A stretch of DNA of 32,000 nucleotides, taken from positions 120,001 to 152,000 of the forward strand of contig JALHOH010000001.1 in NCBI GenBank assembly GCA_022843095.1, read 5' to 3'. Numbering within the stretch: the stretch's first letter is position 1; every line of letters begins with the position of its first letter. Below, piece by piece: positions 14,558-22,872 of this stretch. The translations under genes and the position numbers were made by a program. The stretch is from Candidatus Saccharimonadota bacterium. GTDB taxonomy: Bacteria; Patescibacteriota; Patescibacteriia; 2-12-FULL-60-25. The notes under the pieces were generated by a model, which was not told where the DNA came from, ran no database searches, and saw only the letters and a program-made list of their open reading frames with translations.

Positions 14558-16600
14558 CTAGGGCTTCGTGGTCTCCGTGTACACCGTTATTCCGGTCGAA
14601 CCACTGACGCGGACGCCATTTTCACTGTAGGAAGCGGAAATCGTCCCCGATCCCGCCATTTGCCCCGCAAAAAAGGTGGCTCCGCGCATCGTGCCCAATC
14701 CACCATCGGACACGAAGAACGAGACCTGCCCCGTGACATCTTTTCGCGTCCCATCGCTATACAGAGCCGTTGCAGAAAGACCGGTCGAACCAAACATCGG
14801 GACCAACGAATTTCCTGACTCGACCAGCAGTTTCTCAAGAGAAACCGTTGGCGCGATCACGGAAAGCGACGTCTGCCCAGCAACCGTCGTCCCCGCACAA
14901 GGATACGTCGCCTCGACCGTGGCGGATCCAACCGAAGTCCCTGTAATCACATTCCCGCTCACCGATCCGATCGCTCCATACAATTTGACGGAGACCTTTG
15001 ACGAAACGTCTTGCTTGGATCCGTCAGCACGGATGACCGTTGCGAACACCGTTGCCCGCTCCTTCAAGGAAATAGGGCTTGGCTGCACGGAGACCAGAAG
15101 CTGCGTACATGCGACGTCCGTCGTTGGGGTCGGCGTCGGATTTGTTGGCGGTGTCGTGGGATTGACTGGCGGCTTTCCCGTCGTCACCGGCGGTTTTGTC
15201 GATGTCGGTTGGGTTCCGGACGGATTCATCGGCACCGATTGCGTCGATGAGACACTGTTCATTTCCGCCTGCTTGTCCTCTGGAAGCGGAATGAGCGGCA
15301 CGCTTGCGAGCTGCCCTTCTAAGCCCTTCATCCGCGCCTGAATCGCATAGACCTTTGCCAACAGGCGGCGGCGTTCCGTTTTTTCCATCTCGGATGCGCG
15401 TTCTTTCCAATCCCGCTCGACGTTCGGAACGCCATTCTTCACCACCTCAATCACCCGCTTTGCATCTTCCAACTTCCCACGCTGAACCAGAGCAGATGTT
15501 TCATCCAATCGCGCATCCATCAAAATCATGCGTCCGTACAACCGCCGTGAGGGTTGATCGATGGTTTCAAGCATCGCTTCTTCCAGCTGGAGCTTCAACC
15601 GATATGCGGGATCCAATGGCCCCACATCTTCAAAATCACGCCACGCTGTCGCAAGCACCTGACGACGTGCGGCAACCGGCATCCGATCGCCCCGTTCTTT
15701 CCATGTCTGGAGCATGGAACGCAGTCGCGTATTCGCCTCTCCTTGAGAACCCGCGTCTGCGAGGGATCGCAATTCGTACGCCTCTGCCCGTGCCACACGT
15801 GTGACATATCCCAAACGATCGTCCTGACCCATCATCCGTTCGCGGAGCACCTGCGACCAACGTGCCAACATGCCAGGCCGCTTGGGCTGAACAGAGGTAC
15901 GAAGCTGCTCTTTCGTGCGCCCAAGGAATGCCTCATCTTTGGCGCGTTGATTTGCTCGCCAAGCGTCATCTTTGGCCGCAATCGGCAACATCTTGGTGGC
16001 GTTTGGCTTGCGACCAAACGTCTGCATGAATCCTTCTGGCACCAAATTATCTAATTTCGGATCCGCCTCAGCGATCGCCTCAATGGCTGGAATCGCCTGC
16101 ACCGCCGCATGCGACACCCACAACTCGGATTGGTCCGCCGTTTTTTCCAGATCAAACGCCGTTCCGCGCACCGTTGCTACGACATCCGAAGTTTTGACGG
16201 TGTAATCCGCATCCAAATCAAGAAGTCGAAGCACACGCGACCAGACACGCCCTTGAGTCAACTCAACCTCCACCTGCGGATCATCCCCATTGGATGCCAA
16301 TCCAACAGATGCCACCGTCACCGAGGTGTTGGGCGCAAGACGCGTTTCGCCGCGATCAAAAAACCGAAGCGTCGCGTGACTCGCCGCACCGGTTCGCACC
16401 TCTGTTCCGGGGACAAGCGAGACCGGTTCAGAGATGGCGCGCCAGGATTCTCCAGGCGCTTTTACCTCAACCGTCCCCGTCAGATCGGTCACTTCTGCAC
16501 GGGCAGGAAGGGCCTCTGACAACTGCCCCGCATCCCATACCATCCAAACGCCCCCGCCAAGAACGGCGAGGATCAACAAAAGCAGCGCGAGTTTTCGCAT
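14558..16600 (-). CDS. FecR-domain protein with a TM anchor, a long helical middle region, a Thr/Pro linker and two C-terminal Big_2-like Ig domains.
   Basis: The FecR-like block is VTDLTGTVEVKAPGESWRAISEPVSLVPGTEVRTGAASHATLRFFDRGETRLAPNTSV. The linker is PTSTKPPVTTGKPPVNPTTPPTNPTPTPT. Repeated Ig-like segments end in GSATVEATY and GSGTISASY. I place the start at ATG 16600 (MRKLALLLLILAVLGG) rather than 16648, because 16634-16662 looks like the rnpB promoter. The stop lies 41 nt upstream of the cyclase start. Confidence 0.75.
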   Translation of the reverse strand: MRKLALLLLILAVLGGGVWMVWDAGQLSEALPARAEVTDLTGTVEVKAPGESWRAISEPVSLVPGTEVRTGAASHATLRFFDRGETRLAPNTSVTVASVGLASNGDDPQVEVELTQGRVWSRVLRLLDLDADYTVKTSDVVATVRGTAFDLEKTADQSELWVSHAAVQAIPAIEAIAEADPKLDNLVPEGFMQTFGRKPNATKMLPIAAKDDAWRANQRAKDEAFLGRTKEQLRTSVQPKRPGMLARWSQVLRERMMGQDDRLGYVTRVARAEAYELRSLADAGSQGEANTRLRSMLQTWKERGDRMPVAARRQVLATAWRDFEDVGPLDPAYRLKLQLEEAMLETIDQPSRRLYGRMILMDARLDETSALVQRGKLEDAKRVIEVVKNGVPNVERDWKERASEMEKTERRRLLAKVYAIQARMKGLEGQLASVPLIPLPEDKQAEMNSVSSTQSVPMNPSGTQPTSTKPPVTTGKPPVNPTTPPTNPTPTPTTDVACTQLLVSVQPSPISLKERATVFATVIRADGSKQDVSSKVSVKLYGAIGSVSGNVITGTSVGSATVEATYPCAGTTVAGQTSLSVIAPTVSLEKLLVESGNSLVPMFGSTGLSATALYSDGTRKDVTGQVSFFVSDGGLGTMRGATFFAGQMAGSGTISASYSENGVRVSGSTGITVYTETTKP

Positions 16601-16633
16601 AGATTCTACAAGCACTGTAGCAAAGGTCGAGGA

Positions 16634-16662
16634 TTGACGAAAGGCCATTTTTTCGCTATTCT
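16634..16662 (+). promoter_or_regulatory. Promoter candidate for rnpB.
   Basis: TTGACG (16634-16639), a 17-nt spacer, then TATTCT (16657-16662). The predicted TSS near 16669 coincides with the 5' strand of P1. Confidence 0.55.
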
Positions 16663-16668
16663 TCCTGC

Positions 16669-17120
16669 GCTCGGGGTGGGCAGATGACCGCTTTGCCAGG
16701 CAACTGGCCGAGAGGAAAGTCCGAGCACCTGCCGACGGGTAACCGTCGGTGTCGCGGAAGCAGCTAACGACTGCCAGGGATACGAAACGAGCGTCACTCG
16801 ACGCCTCCGTCCAACCCTAGGGAAAGTGCCACAGAGACAATACTAGCGGACGGCAACGTCCGTGAAAGGTGAAACGTCGTCCGAGGTCCCGACTCCTTTA
16901 CTGGAGCAACGTTCGGCCACGGACGTCCCCCGTCGGTAACGGCGGGGCGCGGTAAACCCTTCCTGGTGCAAGAGCAAGTCTGACGTGGTCGGGGCAACTC
17001 GGCTACGAAAGAATGGTCGCTCGCTGGAGCGTTGGTGCGAATCAACGCCAAGAGAGATGGTCATCAAACTGGGGATCGACTCCCAGGGAACAAAACTCGG
17101 CTTATCGCTCGCCCAAGCAC
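16669..17120 (+). ncRNA. rnpB: RNase P RNA, bacterial type A (about 450 nt).
   Basis: The P4 strands are GAGGAAAGTCCGAGC (16711-16725) and ACAAAACTCGGCTTATCG (17090-17107). Further conserved blocks are AGTGCCACAGAGA, GTGAAAGGTGAAA and GCGGTAAACCC. P1 pairs GGGTGGGC (16674-16681) with GCTCGCCC (17107-17114). The ends are approximate to within 5 nt. Confidence 0.92.
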
Positions 17121-17123
17121 ATG

Positions 17124-17150
17124 CAATCCCCCTCCCAACCGGAGGGGGAT
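17124..17150 (+). terminator. 3' stem-loop following rnpB.
   Basis: An 11-bp stem AATCCCCCTCC / GGAGGGGGATT with a CAACC loop. Only a short T tract follows. Confidence 0.6.
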
Positions 17151-17155
17151 TTGCC

Positions 17156-17184
17156 TTGACAAAAATCCTAGTTTCTCCCATGCT
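17156..17184 (+). promoter_or_regulatory. Promoter candidate for ORF 17217.
   Basis: TTGACA (17156-17161), a 17-nt spacer, then CATGCT (17179-17184). The SD GAAGGAGG lies downstream, 8 nt before the ATG. Confidence 0.45.
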
Positions 17185-17216
17185 CATTTCGCACATTTCA
17201 CGAAGGAGGTTCTGTC

Positions 17217-18353
17217 ATGGACGCATTGCCGCCGCTCAAAAAAGAGCAGCAGTTTCTGGTCACTCTCCTAACCCAGGCGCTCGAGGCCGGCATTCTTTTG
17301 CCGGATGAGCTCCTGGCTCGATTCCCGCCTTCCGCCATCATGCAGGAGGTGTTCCGGGATCGACCGGAACGCCGTGCCGACATTCTCGGCATGTGCGTCG
17401 GGGTCAAGCGTGGCACTGCGCTGCGCACGACCCCGGAGACGGCGACCGAGAATCTGGTGACCGCGCTCGAAGTCGAAGACACCTCGGCTGCGGAAATCGT
17501 CGCTGCGGTCGGCGCCGAGGACTACGTCCGCGCGCTTCCCGCCACCGAGGCGTACCACTTGGTGATGACGAAGCCGTGGACCACGGAAGTGGACGCGGAA
17601 CGCAAGCGCATCACCTGCATGCAGGCGCTACTCATCGCCATCATCGAACTGGACCTGCTCGCCGGCCGCGAACAGAACAAGACGCTGAACACGCACCACC
17701 AGCTGGTGAAAGCGATCGGTCACGAACATCTGATGGGAGACGAAATCCCCAAGGATTTGCGCGGCGCCATCCTGAAGCTCGCGCTTGCGCTGGGCGAAAC
17801 GCCGGCCGGGGAGAAGAAGCCGGAACCACTCACGGCGAAGATCCTGATCGGCCACTTGAAGCCGGAGGTGCTGACGAAGTACCTCCCACTCTCGACGCTC
17901 GCCCCGGCGCTGGAGGCGGTGCGCGCGAAGTTCGACTGGAAAGCCCCGGCGCCGCCAGCGGAGCTCTCCGCCCGCGCGACGGATGCCCTCGAGAGCGCTG
18001 TCGCGCCTACGGACGACGATGACCAACCGCGCACGACTGTGCGACCCCCTCCTCCCGGAAAGGACGGCGATGTCGAGGTGGAGGTTTCAGAAGAAATCGG
18101 CGATCCGGGAGAGCCGCTTGCGCCCGAGAAACCAGCAGCATCGCCGTCCGCGCCGAAGACGCCTCCAGCCGAAGAGAAGAGTGGGGGCGGTAGTACGACG
18201 AAGCCGAACGGGGGGAAGGATGCCCGAAGAACCGACGCGCCCCTTCCGGACATCTCCCCGGAAACGCTCGAAGGGGTCCCCGGAGCTGCGCCTCCGATCG
18301 TGTCCAAGGCACCGCCACAAGCGCCGCCTCCCCTTCCATCCGGAAAGAGATAG
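17217..18353 (+). CDS. Hypothetical protein with a helical N-terminal region of about 240 aa and an acidic, Pro/Ala-rich, probably disordered tail of about 135 aa.
   Basis: The 378-aa ORF has a strong SD. The tail reads ...APAPPAELS...DDDDQPRTTVRPPPPGKDGDVEVEVSEE...PEKPAASPSAPKTPPAEEK...APPQAPPPLPSGKR. It is GC-rich, and shadow ORFs occur on both strands. Confidence 0.7.
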   Translation: MDALPPLKKEQQFLVTLLTQALEAGILLPDELLARFPPSAIMQEVFRDRPERRADILGMCVGVKRGTALRTTPETATENLVTALEVEDTSAAEIVAAVGAEDYVRALPATEAYHLVMTKPWTTEVDAERKRITCMQALLIAIIELDLLAGREQNKTLNTHHQLVKAIGHEHLMGDEIPKDLRGAILKLALALGETPAGEKKPEPLTAKILIGHLKPEVLTKYLPLSTLAPALEAVRAKFDWKAPAPPAELSARATDALESAVAPTDDDDQPRTTVRPPPPGKDGDVEVEVSEEIGDPGEPLAPEKPAASPSAPKTPPAEEKSGGGSTTKPNGGKDARRTDAPLPDISPETLEGVPGAAPPIVSKAPPQAPPPLPSGKR

Positions 18354-18360
18354 CACACAA

Positions 18361-18388
18361 CACCCGACCAACTGGCCGGGTGTTTTTT
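18361..18388 (+). terminator. Intrinsic terminator of ORF 17217.
   Basis: CACCCGACC / GGCCGGGTG forms a stem with one mismatch and an AACT loop, followed by TTTTTT. Confidence 0.65.
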
Positions 18389-18397
18389 GGTATCTCT

Positions 18398-20050
18398 CTA
18401 CCAACTCCCTCCACCACCTCCGCCAAATCCGCCGCCGGATCCTCCACCAGAAAACCCAGAACTTCCGCTCCCCGCTGACGAGGGGGCGCGAAACGCCGAC
18501 GCCGCGGATGCCGTATGAAAGGACCGGCTCGTATTCGCAAACGCCATCGCGTTCCATTCCCCCGTCCCAGAGACATACGTCGGTTTTACCTGCATCCCCT
18601 CAAATTGCTTCGCCCACGCCGTCTCGACGCCAAGCGCGATCGCAGCGGGTAAAAACCGCGAAAACTGCTCGGGCGTTTTGTGGGGCGCATCAAAAAACTT
18701 GAGACGTTCGGTTTCGGTGACGGACAAAAACTTCTTCAACCCTTCAATCTCCTCGCGCACAATCGCCCCCTCCACCGTTTTGCGTGGCATGTGCCATCCA
18801 AAAAAGACGATGATGAGCGCGTTCAACAGCGAAACGGGCAAAAACAATTCTCCAACAAACGGCACAAGAATGACCCCAACGATGCCAACCGCAACTCCAA
18901 GCGCGATCCATCCGGCACGCACCGCTGCCGGATTCGCCCCAAACAATTTCAGATGCTTCAGCTCTTCAAACGCTTTTACCCGCGCCTCTTCCATCGGCTT
19001 CCAAAAATCCCCTTTCAGATCTGCAAGCGTAACCTCATCCCCGTGGTCAAAAATCCCATCGTAGATCAAACGGGAAGAGGCGGTGAGTGCATCATCCGGT
19101 TCCTTCATTTTTTTCATCGAGAACGTTTTTGCATCCTGCATCACGATCTTCAAATACCCACGCCGACCCAGATCAAAAATCTCGCCCGTGATGGCTTCAA
19201 GCGGAATATGTTGGTTGCGCAGCGCCATCATCTGCAGGGGTGTCATCTTTCGTGGCTCCTCGTATTGCGCAATCACGACCCCTCGCCCATCCGGTTCTTT
19301 GCCCCGACGACGCCACAATGTATACATGCACAAACACACGACGATCGGTGACAAAAAGATCCAATTATCGGCAAAGAAAAAACGTAGTTGATCCTGCCAG
19401 GTCCATGTCACAAACGTGCCAAGCGGGAAGGCGGCAACGATAGTCAGCCCCTCTCCTGCTCGAAGCGGACGCGTCGACTTGGCCTCGAGCGTTCCGTTCT
19501 TCATCCCAATGGTGCACGACGTCTCTTCGGAGCCAAACGATCCTACAAAACACGAAAGACGCGTCGGGTTCGCAGGCACGGCCAAAGCAAACGTGACCGC
19601 CTGGGCATCCACCTGCCACCCATTCCCGTTCACATTCCAATACAATTCCTGATGTTCGGGCAGATCATTCACCGCACGGCGCGTGTGATAGCGAATGCGA
19701 TAGGTTCGGACTCCGGTCACATACATCTCCGGATCCCCCAGTCGTACCCGCTTGTTTCCCCCTTCGTTCGTCACCTCCGACGGAACAGAAGCGTCATCTA
19801 AGGTGAATCCGTCAAACGAAAGATTCAGGCGGTAACGCGCGCCGTTTCGCTCATAGCGATCCGGTAACACACGAAAAATGCCGTGCCGCGACGCCTCTTC
19901 AAAATCGTAGGTAATGGATTCCGTGAGCGTGAGCGAGCGATCCGCCTGAAGCGTCCCTTCGACGGCAAAACGACGGATAGATTCTGCCTGCGCCGGCCAG
20001 GCAAAAAAGAGGCAAAGCACCGGGACCCCAAAACGCCACAAACGGTTCAT
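18398..20050 (-). CDS. DUF2207-family membrane protein.
   Basis: It has a signal peptide (MNRLWRFGVPVLCLFFAWPAQA) and an extracellular beta-rich domain starting SIRRFAVEGTLQADRSLTLTESITYDFE. TM helices follow, then a C-terminal Gly-rich tail (SGGGSGGGFGGGGGGSW) typical of DUF2207. The track start at 20086 is a TTG inside the upstream terminator, so I prefer ATG 20050. Confidence 0.75.
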   Translation of the reverse strand: MNRLWRFGVPVLCLFFAWPAQAESIRRFAVEGTLQADRSLTLTESITYDFEEASRHGIFRVLPDRYERNGARYRLNLSFDGFTLDDASVPSEVTNEGGNKRVRLGDPEMYVTGVRTYRIRYHTRRAVNDLPEHQELYWNVNGNGWQVDAQAVTFALAVPANPTRLSCFVGSFGSEETSCTIGMKNGTLEAKSTRPLRAGEGLTIVAAFPLGTFVTWTWQDQLRFFFADNWIFLSPIVVCLCMYTLWRRRGKEPDGRGVVIAQYEEPRKMTPLQMMALRNQHIPLEAITGEIFDLGRRGYLKIVMQDAKTFSMKKMKEPDDALTASSRLIYDGIFDHGDEVTLADLKGDFWKPMEEARVKAFEELKHLKLFGANPAAVRAGWIALGVAVGIVGVILVPFVGELFLPVSLLNALIIVFFGWHMPRKTVEGAIVREEIEGLKKFLSVTETERLKFFDAPHKTPEQFSRFLPAAIALGVETAWAKQFEGMQVKPTYVSGTGEWNAMAFANTSRSFHTASAASAFRAPSSAGSGSSGFSGGGSGGGFGGGGGGSW

Positions 20051-20078
20051 ATCTCTCCATCGTAGTGGAACTGCGCCG

Positions 20079-20111
20079 GAAATCAAAACACCGCCCCAGC
20101 AGGAGGGGCGG
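20079..20111 (-). terminator. Intrinsic terminator closing the ORFan island, after gene L.
   Basis: The minus-strand RNA reads CCGCCCC-UCCUGCU-GGGGCGG followed by UGUUUUGAUUU. Confidence 0.7.
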
Positions 20112-20133
20112 CGAACAAGAACACTCTCAACTC

Positions 20134-21096
20134 TTACGGATCATCTCCCCAAATCCATCCAAACTTTCGTTTCGGCAACTCTTGCCGGCAAAACTCTTCC
20201 AATTGTCGGAATGCATCCAAGAGGATCGCATCGCCTCCTGGCTGGTCGATGTGGAATCCGGGGGGGAGAAACATGGCAACGCAGGCCTCCAACAAGTTCA
20301 TCATCCAGGCATATGCATCCCAATCTTCAACCTCTGTATGGATCGGATAGCGTTCAAATAGTTTGAGCCCTCGCCCCAAGAGCGGCTCTTCCCACGCATT
20401 TTGGGCGCAATCACACTCATAGGCATGCCGATCCTCGTAATTCCCCTCTTCGTCGGTAATAATGCCAAGCTTACGATAGAGTGTTTCGATCTTTTGCTCT
20501 GGATGCACCCCGTCCATGAACCACTGTACTTCATCATCCGGATACCCGAAACGATCAAACAATCGCTGCATCAAGAACGCTCCCCACCGTGTGCTCGCTT
20601 TGTAGCTGAACACCCCTTGAAACAAAAAGGTACTGCCGCCTAAAAGCTGCTGTTTAGGCATCTTCGAAAAACGATTCTGCATGTACCGAAGGATATACAC
20701 TTCATCCTCCGGAATCTTCATGTCCCGCAATCGAGTGAGAAAACAGGTGTTGTCAGGCCGAAAAGCCCCTCGCAACGCCCCGTACGAAGACGAATACTCC
20801 TCATCGGGGGATTCACTGAAGTGACCCGGGAGGCCAGCAAGCCAAGCATGCGTCGCAGGCAGTGAAAAATCCCCCTGCCGCATGCGATTAACCCGCTCAT
20901 CAATACGCGACGTATTCGCATCCCGTACATACAGATGCGCCCGAACCTCACCATCTTGCAGAATCCGGTAACAACGGGTCATGTCTCCAAAGAATTCCCC
21001 GTAGATATTTGCGGTGACTTGTTGCTCCTGATTCTCGAATTCCATCACGTCAACTTCGGCAATATTCAACATCTCACCCTTCGTTTCTCCACCCAT
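20134..21096 (-). CDS. Hypothetical soluble protein (island gene L, 320 aa).
   Basis: The ORF has an ATG preceded by GGAGGTGAGGAGG, which is part of the repeated leader. The protein is acidic and Trp-rich (ends ...KRKFGWIWGDDP). I recognise no motif. Confidence 0.7.
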   Translation of the reverse strand: MGGETKGEMLNIAEVDVMEFENQEQQVTANIYGEFFGDMTRCYRILQDGEVRAHLYVRDANTSRIDERVNRMRQGDFSLPATHAWLAGLPGHFSESPDEEYSSSYGALRGAFRPDNTCFLTRLRDMKIPEDEVYILRYMQNRFSKMPKQQLLGGSTFLFQGVFSYKASTRWGAFLMQRLFDRFGYPDDEVQWFMDGVHPEQKIETLYRKLGIITDEEGNYEDRHAYECDCAQNAWEEPLLGRGLKLFERYPIHTEVEDWDAYAWMMNLLEACVAMFLPPGFHIDQPGGDAILLDAFRQLEEFCRQELPKRKFGWIWGDDP

Positions 21097-21104
21097 TTTC
21101 CAAC

Positions 21105-21174
21105 CCTCCTCACCTCCGTGAAGCCGTTCGCTTCGCGGAAGAATCAGAGGCCGTTCCCATGTTTGGGAACGGCG
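21105..21174 (-). repeat. Copy 1 of a 70-nt intergenic module (stop-proximal 10-bp hairpin, second hairpin, then SD). It fills the K|L spacer.
   Basis: On the minus strand it reads CGCCGTTCCCAAACATGGGAACGGCCTCTGATTCTTCCGCGAAGCGAACGGCTTCACGGAGGTGAGGAGG. It matches 22238-22307 at 67/70 positions. Two of the three differences fall in the loop of the first hairpin. Confidence 0.9.
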
Positions 21175-21183
21175 CTACCAGTC

Positions 21184-22233
21184 TCACGTCAGATCCGTTA
21201 CCGTCTCTGGCATGAACGTATTGAACGTCTGATCAGAAAGTACGTGCTTGATGATCAGGGCGGAAAGCACCTCACGTGCTCTCGCGAGATAGGTCTTGTC
21301 TCCCGGCGCGTCTAGGATCGGACCTCCTTCGAGAATACGGACAAGCCGGAACAGTGGACCTAACCCGTGCGCTACCATCAAACGATCATATTCCCGCCTA
21401 AGTCGACCGAAATACGCCCGTCCAGCCACCGGTTGTAAACGTGCAGGATCAATCTGCGGATCCATGAGCACGGCACACGTCGCAACCCATAGGATGGCCG
21501 GATCCATCGCCTCAACCGGATGAGCAAACACCGATCCAAGGTACTTCTGACTCTCCACTTCGTCCCGATATCCCTGTCTGAGCTGTACACACAGCTCCTC
21601 ATCTATGGAGATCTGATACCGATCCAAGAGATCAAGCATGCAGAGCTGCATTACCCTCGCACACTCCCTTGAGGTCACAAGGTGCTCCGCGACGCTTCCC
21701 AGATCAAGACGAAACCCCCCGGGAGAACACAAGAGCTGAATCATGCGCATCACATCCGGAAACGGGAAGACGTGTGCCGTTCTACTGTCCCCCACAGGCG
21801 GTCGCAACAAAAGTTGGAGATAGCATGTGTCAAACGTGGTCCCACGCATGGGGTCGCATGACGCCACCCGTACCTCGATCATCTGGGGAGAGATGCCGTA
21901 CAGCGGCTCTCCGCGCAGAAAACCAATCAGGCGTTCGGACAACCCCCACCCCGATAGCATGCGTGCGCGTCCGGGGGGTGGCGGAAGATCAAACTCATCC
22001 AAGATGGCAAGAAAATCACTGGATCCTTTATACACTAGATACGGATCCACGCGATTTTTTGAACAAGGAATGCGCCCATCAATGAGCACCGGAAAACGGT
22101 CTTTCCCAATGTCTACGACGACCCCCTCCGTACTTAAAGTCAAGCACTCATTTTGATAATCAAGCACTTTTGTAGACCATGCTTGCTTGAACTCAAGATC
22201 GCACGCTGACAGTCTCCTGATTTGATACACCAT
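21184..22233 (-). CDS. Hypothetical soluble protein (island gene K, 349 aa).
   Basis: The ATG lies 4 nt after the repeated SD block. No motif is recognised. The gene is flanked on both sides by the 70-nt module. Confidence 0.7.
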   Translation of the reverse strand: MVYQIRRLSACDLEFKQAWSTKVLDYQNECLTLSTEGVVVDIGKDRFPVLIDGRIPCSKNRVDPYLVYKGSSDFLAILDEFDLPPPPGRARMLSGWGLSERLIGFLRGEPLYGISPQMIEVRVASCDPMRGTTFDTCYLQLLLRPPVGDSRTAHVFPFPDVMRMIQLLCSPGGFRLDLGSVAEHLVTSRECARVMQLCMLDLLDRYQISIDEELCVQLRQGYRDEVESQKYLGSVFAHPVEAMDPAILWVATCAVLMDPQIDPARLQPVAGRAYFGRLRREYDRLMVAHGLGPLFRLVRILEGGPILDAPGDKTYLARAREVLSALIIKHVLSDQTFNTFMPETVTDLT

Positions 22234-22237
22234 GTTT

Positions 22238-22307
22238 CCTCCTCACCTCCGTGAAGCCGTTCGCTTCGCAGAAGAATCAGAGGCCGTTCCCACGATTGGG
22301 AACGGCG
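22238..22307 (-). repeat. Copy 2 of the 70-nt intergenic module. It fills the J|K spacer.
   Basis: On the minus strand it reads CGCCGTTCCCAATCGTGGGAACGGCCTCTGATTCTTCTGCGAAGCGAACGGCTTCACGGAGGTGAGGAGG. It begins 4 nt after the stop of gene J and ends 4 nt before the ATG of gene K. Confidence 0.9.
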
Positions 22308-22311
22308 TAGG

Positions 22312-22872
22312 TTACAACGAGGTCGAGCGCACAATCTTGAAGACTCCGCTGTCTTCAACAATTTCGCGCACGGTTCCTCGCATGTCCTGGACGTGCTTGC
22401 GTACCCGGTACAGGTACACCAGTAGCATCGGCTCGATCCAAAATAGGGTACAGACAGATGCGAACTGTCTGCGGATCGCGCCGTGAGCGTGTTCCTGCTT
22501 GATCAAAAGAAGCAGGAGGAGCACGCCCCAGATCGGTGCGAGCGCATAGAACGCCCCAAGCGCGAAGCTTGCAATGAAGAAGACGATGAACGCCCCCTTC
22601 CGCACCTCGCCTCCATCTCTGACGAGTTCGCCGCGCTGATCCGACAGCCAGAGTTGATATTCCAGCAAATCATGATCAGATGCGAGCTGCGCCGGATGTC
22701 GCACGCGCACTTCGGCTAAGAGCGTTGTCACAGATCGTGCCACGCCCTCTTTACAGGATCGCTGCTCCCACACGGCGATACGTCCCGCAAGACGACACGC
22801 CGTGCGACGACAGGTGGCTCCATGCGCCCAGGCATGCAGCTGATCGACGGTCAGAGGAACCGGAGTTTCCAT
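22312..22872 (-). CDS. Hypothetical membrane protein (island gene J, 186 aa) with a soluble N-terminal domain and two or three C-terminal TM helices.
   Basis: I place the start at ATG 22872 (METPVPLTVDQLHAW), which overlaps the stop of gene I as TAATG. The TM segments are GAFIVFFIASFALGAFYALAPIWGVLLLLLLI and CTLFWIEPMLLVYLY. Confidence 0.65.
   Translation of the reverse strand: METPVPLTVDQLHAWAHGATCRRTACRLAGRIAVWEQRSCKEGVARSVTTLLAEVRVRHPAQLASDHDLLEYQLWLSDQRGELVRDGGEVRKGAFIVFFIASFALGAFYALAPIWGVLLLLLLIKQEHAHGAIRRQFASVCTLFWIEPMLLVYLYRVRKHVQDMRGTVREIVEDSGVFKIVRSTSL

Noticed and set aside
16606-17308. Several 60-117-aa ORFs on both strands between the FecR gene and ORF 17217.
   Set aside because: The region is fully explained by RNase P RNA, whose conserved P4 strands and other universal blocks are present.
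21105-22307. The 70-nt repeats read as integron attC sites or as CRISPR repeats.
   Set aside because: No GTTRRRY / RYYYAAC core sites are present; the hairpin arms are GCCGTTCCCA/TGGGAACGGC. No integrase (intI) lies nearby. Only two good copies exist, separated by a 1-kb gene and fused to an SD. This layout is incompatible with a CRISPR array (repeats of 28-37 nt with spacers of similar size).
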